DNA of 63,427 nucleotides, filler included, from Sphacelaria rigidula (GCA_964200075.2; 8 parts of 8 records of this genome joined end to end with filler, not necessarily neighbours in it); one strand, 5' to 3'; shown: positions 1-13,203, counted from the first letter of the whole stretch. The notes: generated by a model from the letters alone, not told the origin. Translations and numbers: made by a program.

Positions 1-2020
1 CACTGAAGTATCATGCCGGGACGGACCACACAGCATATCCTTTGTTCAGGAAGGAATGAGTTTACCCATTCAAATAGTGAGCACTCACTGGTGGCTCAAT
101 GGTCAAATGTCCGCTTGTGGAATAAGAGATCGGGAGTTTGTGTCTCCAGACGATCGAGTTTTGGTGGAAGTTGATATGTGGACAGTGAGGCTTGCAAACG
201 GCAGGAAGCTCCTGAGATCACTGATGTGTCATGCCGGGACGGACCACACAGCATATTGTTTGTTTTGGAAGCGAACAATTCACACATTGACTCAGCAAGC
301 GTTCACTGATTCAATGGGTAACTGTTCGCTTCCTAAACATGTCCAATTACTCTTGGAGAAAATGACCGACAAAGAACTCATGGTTGACAGTTCGACGCAT
401 ACACACCTGAGAACTCGTCTTCTGGAAACGAAGCCGCGGGATCCGTGATGGTCAAGTGGTGCGGATGCGCATTGCGCAGTGTGCCGATGCACATGGCAGC
501 CGCAAACATATCATTAGCCCAGCCGTCGTGGTACCCGCCCGAGCAGCGGTGACGGGTGTTGTGCATCAAAAACCGCATACGCTGGAAATAGCACGTTGGG
601 GGCCGCGGGGGAATAGATACTAGTAAAGGAGTAACATAATCGGCACAGTAGTATGGGTGCTGTCAGCGACATGTGTGCGCTGTGCCGCAGGTTTTGCGTC
701 TGTTCCGGATTTGATAGGTTGGCACGGCCGGACGACCCCGGTCATGTTTGCTCGTTCTGCCAGCGCCAATATTCACTATTCACTAAAAGTCTGTGTGTAT
801 GTGTACGTGCACGTGCTCAAGCATACCATCAAGATACACAGGCACCGATCAATCATCGCTCTCGCCCATGTATGTGGACGGGGTATGTCGAACCATGAAG
901 TCGGCACATCCTGTTTTCACGAAATATACCAGACGCGCCAACTAGATGCGATCGTACGCCCACGTTCGTGTGTGTGTCGAGAACGAACTTTTCTATTCCA
1001 AAATGCGTCTTCTGATCTGAGATATCTCCAAACCTGTCTGTGCGTTTCGCAGGTGCTGTGTGAAAACTACCCATGATTCGTTCGTGTCAAGTGCGACGAG
1101 CAAGGCATAGCTCCGACTGCTACTGCACGTTCGAGCTCAAACTCCACTCAAGGAAACACAATATTTCAAGGCCACGTTTTCTGGGGATATGTATGTGCGC
1201 CGTAAGGCTATTGCTCCCGCAAATTCAGAGTAGGAACACACGGCGTTTACAATATCCACGTGAGCATTCCGGAATAGCGAACTTACACTTGGGTATCTCC
1301 GGGCCATCATATACCTGAAAGATACCACGATGCCTAAGTACCATAGCGTCTCGATGTGTCCGACTTAGGTTGGTGCGCTGCTGCGTCGGGTACAAACACA
1401 TACTTTACACATCCATTTCTATGCGCCAAGGTGTCGAGCTCTCACCGCAAGGGGGCAGCAGTAATTAGGTCGGTTGCTCGCCGGGAAGAGCGAGTGCTGG
1501 CCGATCTCGACGCCGTCCTGTTCAACACGAGCACGCAAGGTAGATAGCAGCTTATTCGATTGACAAGTTGAAAGCTTCAGTCAGCTAGCTTTTATGTGTA
1601 TACTGGAGACAGAACATGACACTACCGAAAGATGGCGAATGGTCACCGACGTGTATGCTGATGTCGATCCATGAACTGCGGTTCACTGTTGGTATGTTTC
1701 AACGTAACAGTGTCTGGTAAGTGTGCTGCATCCCCGTGCAACAAGTTATGCGCATCTCGCGTTCGGTAGGTTGAAACCCGGCAGCATTGACACGTTCTTC
1801 TCAAAAATTTCCCCGAATCTGCTGCAGGACTCTGACGGCAGGCGTGTGGAGCCGTTTGCCTGGCAACCATTCGTGGTGAGCTTCCACCTCAAACCTTTTA
1901 CCCAGGCCTTCCACCAATAAAGCATCACTGCTGCTGCTACAGATTACAGGCTACGCGGTTCTGTGTCACCACTTCCAGTCAAAGCACGACAACGGGGACC
2001 TGTGCATGACCCGGGCTTAC

Positions 2021-2176
2021 CTCATCCAAGACAGGACTGTTCAGCTGGGCGAGGCCTAGGTCGATGAGGGTGAGCTCGAAAGTGCCATGGGGCACGCACT
2101 TGACGGTTATGTTGTCGGGAGCAATATCGTTATGAGTGACGCCAGCGCTCTGCAGAAGGAGCACAGCGTTGAATAG
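2021..2176 (-). CDS. Protein kinase gene, exon with catalytic loop and DFG-equivalent (VIa-VII)
   Basis: CAG acceptor and GTAAG donor bracket 52 codons: LFNAVLLLQSAGVTHNDIAPDNITV...TLIDLGLA. The linking exon(s) between 2177 and 2770 and the C-terminal subdomains could not be resolved cleanly, so this may be a pseudogene. Confidence 0.85.
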
Positions 2177-2770
2177 CTGCGCAGTTGCCATTTCCGGTGT
2201 GCATACAAGGACAACCGACAAAGAGGGGACAGATAAGCCATGCTTTTTTGGACTTCGTGTAAGATAGCAAGCGGCAACACAGTCACATTCGCGGTTTGCC
2301 CGGCATAAAATCAGCTGACGATAAACAGCGATGCCGCCAGATCCCCTAGCCGGCATACGCTTGGGGCGATGGATACAACTTCTTAGCATGGTGGCTGTGT
2401 AGAGTAGCGAGCTTGACACAACTACACCGGACGAGGAGGGGCTAGCGCTATCTGCCCTAGCTAACAGGAGAAACAAAACGCCCACCATACGCCAACAAAT
2501 ATACTGGAAGCAACTGACCGACACGGTTCGAATCGCAGCTACAAGAATGATCGAGAGCGTCTCTCGTCTGTAGCCAGAGATCAAGCCCCCTTGCGAAACT
2601 CGCGGGTGCCAGACCAACATCGGCGTATGCGCCATTCAGCTAGATCACAGGCACATGAGCACAGCGTGCAGTTATTGATGGCTGCAACACCACTGAGTCA
2701 CGTAAATACCGAACGTGAGGAAAGCAACCATGCGTTTTGCGATCAACCCTAGCGCCTTCAGAATACTTAC

Positions 2771-2958
2771 TCCCCGGCAGTCTCCATCAGGATGCCGAAT
2801 TTGCCAACCAGTCTATTCTCATGTGTTCCGAGGGCAGCAGTCCACCCGCGGATATTCACCACGCTGTCTACATCCTTGGCAGCTACCAGCGCCTTGAGCT
2901 CATTGCGGATCAATGAAAGCCTGTGTCCGGGCATGTCCATGATCTTCATGATCTTTCC
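2771..2958 (-). CDS. Protein kinase gene, exon with subdomains II-V
   Basis: CAG acceptor (plus-strand 2959-2961) in phase 0 with the previous exon, and a GTAAGT donor. Encodes GKIMKIM (beta3 Lys), IRNELKAL (alphaC Glu), VVNIRGW and GILMETAG (hinge). Confidence 0.85.
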
Positions 2959-3829
2959 CTGCCACACAAACTTATAGATGGTGCGCACGAGATAGAAGGT
3001 CGACTGGTGGGAGCTACACAAGCGAATACGCCAGTGCAGTGCTGACATTCTGTCGAGGGTGAAGAGGATCGAACGGTGTGTTGCTATATCTCGAAAGTAG
3101 TCCAGTAGTTGATTGATTGTGTCACAGAGCAAGTGTTTCGCTGCAAGAACAGACGTGGTCACGAGGTAGACGTACCCAAGGTGAAGAACGAAAACACTCA
3201 ATGAAGGAAACTCGAGAAAGGGTACAGTTGGGAAAGCGAACATATACAGTGAGCGAAAAACGGGAACTAAAAAGAATAGAGAGAGATAAGAAAGACTAGA
3301 GAGAGCAGGGAAAATAGAGAAGAACAAAACAAACGCATTGCTAAGATCAAGTACCAGATCCGACGGGTAGATAAAACTGCAGGCCTGTGCCGTGTGGCTT
3401 CGGGTAAGGAAATCTTGCAAAAACCAAAACAAAACGAACCAGGTCACGAAGCAGGCTAAGGCTCAGCTATCTGAAGAGCACAATATTCGGGCAGAAATTC
3501 ATACCCATGAGCTCGACAGAAGCGATACACGGCAATTATGTAACGCCTCTGTCGGTGTATCGTACAATGCGCATCCCAACCGGAACACAACTTCAAAACA
3601 TGCATCCGATAATAGTGAGATACCGGTGGAGATCGTGTCTCGTCGTTGCGTGAAAGTCGGTTTATGTTCCCACCGATAATTTTCTCTTAGGAAAGGAGTG
3701 GGTGCAGACATCTCGATTGATATACGGCGGTAGCCCTGCCCAGAAAAGTGTAGTGGGGCCCGAGGCAAAATCTGCATGCGAGGTGTTAAGACGTGATTCC
3801 TGAAACCAGCTATATCGGCATTAAAAACG

Positions 3830-4240
3830 ACATTTTTAACGAATTGCGGATGGATTGGTTTTTGAGAATGGGCATTGGGAACCTTCATAAACGTCGAAAT
3901 GTTGTCGAAAAAACGCAACTGAACCCTCTTCGGTCGTGGCATGTGACCGCGCTCATACTCAAAAACAAGTCCACCATCACTTTGAGAAAAGGCTCCCGAC
4001 AGAGGACTCTGGCGAATGGGAACGAACGTTTTGTACGGGAATGACCGAGCGCCGAGATGTTTTGGAAGTAAGTACGGGATTTCATGTATTGCGGATGGAT
4101 CCTTGTTTCAGGGTAAAGCGAGGCCGCACATCACGGCCGGAGAGGGTACTTCGTGTTTTTTTCGAAGATATTTTGATGCCTATAGAGGTTCCCAATGCGT
4201 ATCCTGTAAAAACAATACATCCACAATTCGTAAAAATATT
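3830..4240. repeat. Degenerate long inverted repeat (MITE/foldback relic) in the kinase intron
   Basis: Arms ~3830-3945 and ~4122-4240 are reverse complements. This is mirrored by similar peptides on opposite strands (KVPNAHSQKPIHPQFVK / EVPNAYPVKTIHPQFVK). Confidence 0.75.
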
Positions 4241-5589
4241 TCAAGTCTTCAAAATAAATGCCAAGAATTGGTGTTTGACGTCAGGTATATCTGCATTCTT
4301 CAAATTGAATTTTGATATCGGTTGGTTACTGAAAGAACTGTCTGCATTCTTCTCAATAAATTCCAAGGCCGCATTTCTGAAGCCAGCCATCATCCCGATG
4401 CGCTGTATGGCCACTTCTTCGTGACAGTATTTTGACCCTTTTATGTGTGTGTGCGTGGTGGGGGGGAAGTGGAATCGCAGCATCATCATTCGAGATCGAG
4501 GATGAAAATAACCAGAACAGCATACAGCTACCGTTATACTGCAGAACTCCATATGTTGTGCGGTTGAGTGCGCACCCGAACGTGCTGTATTTCAAGTATA
4601 CTGCTGGGGTGATCCAACTGGAGGGCGATTTTTTTATTTCCCTTGCGATCGCCGTCGAAGGTGACCGTACGCGTTAGCTGTGCTGGTTATACTTTGGTGG
4701 TGACGGAAAGCATCACCACTACAACAGCCACAAGACGCTGTGGGACAGGCGAGCTGCTCTATGGCCAGCAATGAGCAGCGACGCCGAGACCTTGACCGTC
4801 TCACGCGCGGAGAAAGCACCACAACTAGTTAGTCCATAATTCAGAAGATTTCAAAATCAAGGGTGGGGCATCAGCCAATTTCACAGGCATTTTTCGAAGG
4901 CCGCAACGATACTTCTGGCGGGCAGTGACGCATGCTGTGAATCAGGAAAAATGCGCCGACGTGAGTGCCGACAACGGCAGTACATGTGCTGTATACTTCA
5001 AGGATCAATACGGCACCGTACCCTGCACCAGCTCTTCTCGGACATCTTTCGAATCTGTCCTCGCAACAGTAGTAAGGTTACTACTTCGAAGTGTGACTGA
5101 CTCCAGCGTTCATGAGTGGGGCGCAGAGGTTACAACAACACGGTAGTAATAATAGAAACCGTTACAGCACATGCAGTACAGAATGGTGTACACACAGTAC
5201 AGCTCAGCCCAGGGTGTGTACCTCTTCTCTTTCGTGACGATACGTGGTAGATGTCTTGGTGTGTTGGGGTTGAGCTCACTTATTCATTAGGGCAGGCAAC
5301 AGCTCTACGGCACGCGACAAGAGTACTCGGACGTAGCTGCAACATCCCTTGACGCCGTCTGTTTGCCAACCTCCCCCCCCCCCTCATCATGAAGATTTCG
5401 TTTTCTGTCGTCGGAAATTGAAAATGTTGGTCGCGGAGGACGTCGCAACTCGTTCCCAGCACTTGCTCGTGCTTCATGCACGGGCTACTTGTTGTCTCCG
5501 TGTTGGCATCACGTACCGCCCATACATCAAGCACACGAATGAACATTAACCCCCGCCCTCCGCCCTTTGCCCCCCTCCAACTAACTCAC

Positions 5590-5830
5590 GTCGAACTTGC
5601 CACCGCCTTCGATCCTAGATGCTTGGCCGAAGGATCCCTGGCCTAGCTTTCTGATTAACGCTCCCTCGAGTTCCGCAAAGTCTGCTGCCGTGAGCTCCAG
5701 CTCTTCGCCATCCAACATGTTGCCACGAAAGATATTAATGGCGCGAAGACCTTCTACTCTTGCGTGCTGCTGCAAATTGTTGCCGCTGCTTGACCCGCCG
5801 TATAGTATGCTAGACAGTGAAGCAGTAATC
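5590..5830 (-). CDS. Protein kinase gene, exon with glycine-rich loop (subdomain I)
   Basis: Translates ...LIRKLGQGSFGQASRIEGGGKFD, followed by a GTGAGT donor at 5589 (phase 0). The 5' boundary is approximate. Confidence 0.8.
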
Positions 5831-7693
5831 TCTCTGGTCCGTGTCACCGCACAGTACGGCACGGCACAAGGAAAGCGGGGCAGAAGATGCAAACACACAG
5901 GATGGATGAGGCGAGAGGGAGCGGCTGCGTGTGTGTGTAGAATAAAATAAACTCTCTGGCACTGGGGAACCAGATCTGTGATGTCTGGAAATCTGATGGG
6001 GGAGAGTGGTGACAGGTCAGAGGGCAGCGACAAATAACCTCAAGCAGCAGAGTTGTGGGACGCCGCGGTTCCACTGTTTGCTTCTTCGCTCCTCCAATGG
6101 ATCATGTGCTTACCGGAAATCGGATCAGTATCTCATTGACGGAAAATTTCCGGCCGAGTGGTAAGGTCTGTGCGATTGGCCACTAATACACCGCGCGCAT
6201 GTTTCCAGCGTTTATCGTCATTCCCCGATCTCCCGCGCAGAAAATTTAAAAAACGATATGTTCCGCCACCCTTTCGTCCATGCGTTGCCTCCGCTTCTTG
6301 GTCCAATCTGGTCATGTTTTTACCACGACCGCGTGAGAATACACAAATCTGATTCCTCTGGATGACAGTCAAGTGGATGTTGGTAGGAGTTGAAACACTA
6401 TTCTAAGCAATACGTAGTCGGGGCTAAGGAGGTAGCCCGATGTTCGCATGGGTGTTATTCAGCGTATCATGTCAACCATATTTTCCGGTCCCTCAAACGG
6501 TACTGGTTTCGCCGGCTTTTCGAAACAGGTTGAACAAAAACGAAAACGAATACAGGAGCGGCGCGTGGGGACATCACGACGCAGTTCGATGCCCTGTGTA
6601 TTGTAGGAACTTTACGTGAAGGAATAGGGAGAATGAAGCCCGTGAACGCCTCTGATAGGTGGGCACCGTTGCACATGGAGGAACCCTTGCGGCTTCTTTT
6701 TGTGTACGCCGAAAGGCCGCGGCGTCGCCTGCTTCGGTTGGAAATGGCTTGAGCGGCTGGCGGCCCCTTGCGACCGAAGCGATATCCTGCCCAAGCGCTA
6801 GACGACCGCTTGGCGACGAATGATCTTACCCGCCAAAGGTACGCAGAACGACTCGACTTTCTCAAGATACTGATACGCCAAGTAGACATGTAGGCAGTCT
6901 GCCGCTGTCGTCCCGTGGTTACAAACCGAGCGCCTCTACCCGACTGCTCTGCTCTACGAGTACCCGACTGCAGAATACAGCGCTGTACAACAACAAGAGT
7001 ACTACCTACTGTACTGTACAACAACAACAACGAAACAGTCGTGAATCTGCTGCCGCAAAGATCGCCGCCCTACCTACAACCAACTGCATCAGAGACTGAA
7101 ATTTGATTTTCTGATACATGGGACCGAAACGCGACATGTTTCCGCGCCACGATACGATAAAACACACCCAACGGCACAACACAGCAATATGTACGTGTGT
7201 GTGTTGTCATCCCAATTATTCTGGACACCAGTCTACACCTACCTTGCGGGGTATGTGGGCGCATCAGCCGGGATCACACAGGAGGCAACCATATACTGTA
7301 TTTTATAGCATATGAGATATAGAACGATGCCTGCTGAGTGCGTTGCCACTACTCATCCTTCCTGTAAAGGGTTATGGTTATTTTTCGTCAAACTTGACCC
7401 CACCCCCCAATCCCCTCCTCAAGGGTCCGCACGCTCCAGTGATGAACCCGTCCTTCCCTTCGGCATCTACATGGCCTGGGTAGACTTTTCCAGTATTAGA
7501 GAGTGATCATCAGCACTCCCGCTGCCCATCGAATTCCATCGACACTTTTCTTGTTGTTGTCGTCGCATGAAAAACCGTTCCGATATCTGGGCAGCACCCT
7601 GTACTGGGCATCTGATGCGGACGCCTTCCATGGTCACAGACTAACTACCCAAAAAACGTTACAAGGAAAAAAGAAAAAAATGAAATTGGACCC

Positions 7694-7825
7694 TGTGACG
7701 GTTTAAGAGACAACCAACTAGACTATTGACAAGTCAGCGTCAGCGCTGACCTATTAATAGTCTAGTTGGTTGTCTCTTAAACCGTCACAAAAGTTAGGCG
7801 CTGGTTCGATTCCCGTCGGACGCAC
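7694..7825 (+). repeat. Palindrome fused to a tRNA-type Pol III promoter (copy 1)
   Basis: 34-bp perfect arms TGTGACGGTTTAAGAGACAACCAACTAGACTATT at 7694-7727 and 7756-7789. A-box-like TAGTCTAGTTGG at 7758 and B-box GGTTCGATTCC at 7803. Confidence 0.8.
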
Positions 7826-7842
7826 TTTCTTTGAAGAAAAAA

Positions 7843-7942
7843 NNNNNNNNNNNNNNNNNNNNNNNNNNNNNNNNNNNNNNNNNNNNTTAATTAATTAANN
7901 NNNNNNNNNNNNNNNNNNNNNNNNNNNNNNNNNNNNNNNNNN
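7843..7942. other. Artificial contig-joining spacer (44N + TTAATTAATTAA + 44N)
   Basis: The identical 100-nt spacer, with stops in all six frames, recurs at 15785-15884, 23726-23825, 31667-31766, 39608-39707, 47548-47647 and 55488-55587. The contigs between spacers are 7842, 7842, 7841, 7841, 7841, 7840, 7840 and 7840 nt, i.e. size-sorted. Confidence 0.98.
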
Positions 7943-8065
7943 AAGAGAGAAATGCCACTTCAACCCCATATTTTGTGTGAACCCCAAAATTTAAAATCGG
8001 CTGTTCATTGCTGAGAGGCTATCTTCCTTGCGAAGTTGCACCCCCGTCACCGCTGACATGTCACA
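7943..8065 (-). repeat. Putative 3' LTR start of the Gypsy element, truncated by the contig end
   Basis: The minus strand reads a purine-rich tract AACGAAAGAAGA (8066-8077) immediately followed by TGTGACATG. No matching 5' LTR was found. Confidence 0.55.
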
Positions 8066-11000
8066 TCTTCTTTCGTTCACGTCTGTACTGTTCTAACGTT
8101 GTTTTTTTCTACTTTTTACTATCATTGATCTCCGAATTGTGACCCCAGGCTACTACTCAACCCTTGAGCGTTTTGCTAAGACGCTTGAAAAGTCTGTTGA
8201 ACAGTCACATCCGTCTGTTTCCCGATAGTTTTGGATTTCGAGTCCGGATGTGAGCACTCTGCTAACCCTTTGTCATGACGGTATTTATCGATGAGATGTT
8301 TACATGATGGTAGTTTGTCCGCCCGATAGGTCAGGTCAGCTACTGAGCCGTAGCCCTTGAGTCTCAACCGATATTTATAGTAACGAAGACTTCTCCGACC
8401 TGGGCCTGGCGCGTGACCTACCACTTTCTCGACGGTGCAGCGTTCTATTGTAGGCAACGTTTCGTCTGGTTGATCTATCTCCGGAAAAGGTATCGGTCTG
8501 CCTAGGAACAACCCGCTCACCTTGTCGAAGTCCGGTGCTGGCGCTGTTTCTCGCGGGTAATATTTCTTCAAATGAGCGAGATGTACTGACATTTTTATAG
8601 AGTCGTCGCCTATTGTGATTCTGTATACAACCGGCGATCGTCTCTCGGTTATCGTGAAAGGTCCTATCCATGGTAATTAGAGTTTCGGGTCCGGCCCTGC
8701 TGAATCCTGGTATGGTCGGTACAGAAGTACTTGACCAGGTTTGAACACTGGGAACGATTTTAATTTGTTTTGTTTTCTTGTTTGTTTGCTCTTTCTCGTA
8801 GAGCTTGTCTCGCAATTTCAAATTCAAACTGTAGGTTTTCCTCTGTTTGTTTGGAAAATTCTTCGGGTGTTGCAGCTTGGCTCTCCTCAGGTATGCCGAG
8901 TATGATGTCAATTGATAATCTGGGCAGTCTTCCGAACAACAAAAAATACGGCATCTCTTATACCGTATGGTGATCAGATGTGCTGTGAGCCATTTCGATT
9001 AATGGAAGCATGGATGCCTAGTTTTTGTTCCCAACTGACATATGCATAGCTAACATCGCGTGCACAGTGGAGTGGGCTCATTCCGACACTGAATAAATTA
9101 CCTTGCGGGCGTAACGGTGTCGTGCGAGTTTAATTGAAACCCAACTCCTGTTGCAGTGCGTATATTAGCTTGTTCTCGAATTCCGCCTCCTGATCTGAAT
9201 GTAGTTTCTCTGGAATGCCAAATGTAGTAAAAACTCCTTCGATAGGAGTTTTGGCTATCGCCGTGGCTTGTTTATTCGGGACCGGAATGAGCAAAGCATA
9301 TCTTGTGAGGTGGTCCATTGCGGACAGTACATGTTCACATAGTACTCCAGGGTTTGATATCGCAGCCGTTTTGTTTTCAACTAGATCTACCAACACTCTT
9401 TCATATGGCCTTTATTCTGGAACATGTCTCATTGGCAATTTTTTGCCGGTGGGAAGTCTTTCGGCGTTGGCAACTTTGACAGTTGAGGCACGAATCCTTT
9501 ATATCGAGGTTCATTGGTAGCCAATAATACTTTGGTCAGATCTTGTCGTAGGTTCGCTTGAATCCCAAGTGGTCCCCAGACAGTGCATGGTCGTGGTATG
9601 AATGTAGCACAAAGCCCACAAGGGTCTTGGGTAGCACAAGTTGGTCACGAACGGTGCTTCGTTTTGTCAAGTGTCCAGGCAAGTATGATTCAAATAGGAT
9701 CCCATCATGTAGTGAGCTATATGACATTGATGTGATGGATTATTTTTCTGTAATCGGAGATCTTCTTCCGTGATATATTGGATGTAGGGTCCGTAATCCG
9801 GTGCTTGCTCTTTTCGCAATTTTTTGCGGTCGATTGACGTGAGGACGTTCGCTGCGCTCACGTGTACAGATTTCACGGTGAACAGTTCTCAATCACTTTG
9901 CACCGGCTTCAAATTGTCGAGATTCTTAGATGAAACCTGCAACTGATGTGGTTTAGCTATTCGTAACGCGGGGGCTTCTGGTACGTTACGACATGAGCAA
10001 CGGCTTGATTTCTGCTTCCTATCGCTTTTCAAACGCGAACAGCCGTGAGAGGGTGTCCGGAATAACATGAAGTTTTCCCGGTTTATGTTTGACCGTGAAA
10101 TCATACGATTGCAATGCGATCGCCCACCAGGTCAATATATTACTTGTATATTGTATTGCATACAAATATCGAAGAGCGTCGTGATCCCTGACACACCCAA
10201 AGTGACGGCCCCATAAAAAAAGTCTCAAATGCTGGATCGCCAGTGCGACCGCGTAACACTCTTTCATGGTGAGCGAAAGTATGCTACGATTGCGTCGTCT
10301 TCGCCCTTCTTCTGCGAAGTGTAGGCTCCAGCCCCTCGGTCCGACGCATCGAAATTTTTCGTGAAAACGTTCGTGAATTCTGGAAAATGAAGGACGGGCG
10401 CCTCGGTCTTTACTCCTTTCATTTTTCTGAAGGCTTCATCATGTTCGGTATTCCAGAGTTTTGATACTTGTTTTACCGCCTCTTTTTTGTGAGATCTACC
10501 AGTGGTGCTATGGTTGTAACTAAATCTGGTATGAACTTCCGCACGAAATTTACTGTACCGAGTACTGATCGCAACTCTTTGATGTTGGTGGGTTTCGGGA
10601 AGTCGAGAATAGCTTCTATGCTTTCGTCACTCACTTTGTTGCCATCTGCGGACAGTACATGGTCTACGTATTCGATCTGCTCCGGACCAAAATGATTTTT
10701 GTCGGTTTCAGTGTAAGGCCTGCTGTTTGCAGTGCTTTGAACGTGCTTTCTAGTAGGGTGAGGTGACTATCTCAGCTTGATGAACAACAAACTATGTCAC
10801 CCATATACACTAGTAAGCCACTTTTGGATCCAAAATGTGCAAGTGCTAGTGTCATTATGCGCGAAAAAATAAAGGGTGAACATGCTAAACCAAACGGTGA
10901 GCGGTTGAACACCCACTGCCCTATTTGAGTTACAAACCCTGCTTTCTCTTTTTCGCTCCCCGCCACCAGTATCTGGTGGAATGCACTTTGTACATCGCAA

Positions 11001-13024
11001 ACAGTTATAATTTTCGCCCCTGCTACTATATCCATGTGACTTTCGATAGCTGACATGGGCCATGATTTGCGAATCAAGTTTGATTTATTGTTGCTCGATA
11101 GTCCACGCAAAATCGTGCTGTTCCGTCTGCTTTTGCTACTATTGTAACTGCTGATCCCCAAGGGCTGGGGCGTTGTTCGATTATGCCGTCTTTTTCCATC
11201 CAGGCGACGTATTTGTCGATTGCATCTTGCACCACGGGGTTCGCTCTCTACGGAGCATTGCCAACTGATTGCGTCCCAGGTTTGAGGGGAAAACGTACAT
11301 CATCTAACGTACAACAGCCCACCTCCTGCGGAGTAAGTGAAAACACAGAACGGTATTTTGCGCAGAGATCCAGTATTTGAGAACATTGTTTTGGGGGGGA
11401 AAGTCGTATTTTCGGAAGTTTTGCGTAAAGCTGGACGTAATTCTTCCTTTGCATTTTCTTTCTCCAACACGTTATTTCCCGCCATTGCACTGACGGTGAC
11501 TAGTTTTGTCTCTTGTACTGGGGTGATAAAGCCCAAAATCGTATTGCGCTTCAGGTTTACATGTTGGCTCGACAGGATGGCGACTTGTACCATTGCTGTT
11601 TTATTCGTTGCCGACCACGCGCATACTGCCCTTGAAACAATGATGCGCGTGACAGCTTGAGGTACATCGGGCGATCGAATATTTTCTTCGGTTATAATGC
11701 GTGCCTCTACGACAGCTTCTGTTGTTGTTGACGGGGTATTGTCCGTTTCAACTTGTAGTCATTTCACTCTGCGGAGGCACACTGCACTTCTTCGTGAGAA
11801 TGACTGGAACAGCGTTTGAACACTTCACACTGACTACAGTACAATGTGTTGTCTCGGAGTGTTTGCTTCTTGTGATTTTTATACTGGAGTCACGGAATGT
11901 CAATTCTTCCGCCTGCCAGTCGAGTATAGCTTTAAAAGTACTCATAAGGAATTGTCTAGTGATAGATAATCTGGCCCCAGATTAGATAATGCAAACGCTT
12001 GTACTGGCAGGGTTTTTTATCCCCAACGTAATCTCGGAACGAATGAACCCTAGGATTTTTATGGGGGAACCGTCCGCGCTTCTGAGATCCATGAGTCCTG
12101 GCGGTACTGGCTTTATACCAGCTGTCATTATGGCCGGGTGTTCATCTATGAACTTTTTGCTGATACGTGGTACATCTCCTGCGGAATCGATTGTAATTAT
12201 TTAACGCGGGGTACCATTCACTCTGGCTGCGACTCTAACGCGTACTGATGCACAGGATAAGGCTGAGAGTGTATCTGTATACCTGCAGTAGTGATGATGC
12301 GTTGTATGAGTCAGAACAACAGTGATCGTCCAGGATGGGGTTGAAAAAAGGAAGACTGGTGTTTCGATTTGGAATCAACAGCCCCTGCTTATAAAATCGT
12401 TGTTTTTTTCTGGGTGTCGGTTGAACATGTGTCAGCGCGGGATGTAACGTTACCGATTCATTGGGGTACGGCGCAGAATGTAGCATGATGAGAGCCTCGA
12501 CAGTTTAGCTTTATTTTCGACGACGATGGCCCTTTGTGCGGTGTATTGCTTTTTCCACGGCTGCTCTGAAGGTTGCTCAGGGACCAGCTCTCACCGTGCT
12601 CCTTTCCCGCTTCTGCTCCTAGTATGTATGTACTTTCACATCACAACTGAGGGCGGTTTTGGTGCCCCTCTGGAGGAGTTACTGTACTGACGAGGAAATC
12701 CGCTTCCCTCCGATATTTTTTCACCAGACGGTTGACACTTTTCTCCGTTGCATGCGTACCGAGGTGTGAAATATTGAACTGTCTGTAGTTTTCAACTCCT
12801 CTCAGCTTGTGGGCTGGGATGCGGTAAGACCATCCAATACACCTCCTTCCGCTTGCTAAATGGTGGGGAATGAGAAGGTCGTGCATTCGCAGGTGTTGGG
12901 TAAAAACGAATTTTAGTGCTGTTTCGAGTCACCGCGTTTCCTGAGGTCGGCCTGCTTGATTTATTGCCGTGCCTTTCGCACTATGGTGGTAAAAGGTTGG
13001 TTGATATGTGTGGCTTCGCTGTTT

Positions 13025-13203
13025 AATTAGCCATCCTGGTGACATATAATGCACGCTGATGAGACTAATTTCGCGTTTCGCTGTTTGACTAGCCCTACAG
13101 GTGACATACACTGCACACTGAGGAATCTTATTTCGGGTCCCGCTAATTGATTAGCCATGCGCATGACATATAAATGCACACTGAGGGGGCTAAATTCGCG
13201 TTG
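13025..13203. repeat. Three tandem ~62-bp degenerate repeats in the presumed gag region
   Basis: Unit TAGCC..TGACATA..TGCAC.CTGA...TTCG.GT begins at about 13027, 13089 and 13151. Confidence 0.7.

Noticed and set aside
7751-7825. Functional tRNA gene
   Set aside because: A and B boxes are present, but I could not form an acceptor stem or a convincing anticodon arm. The same applies to 22741-22811, which is a SINE head.
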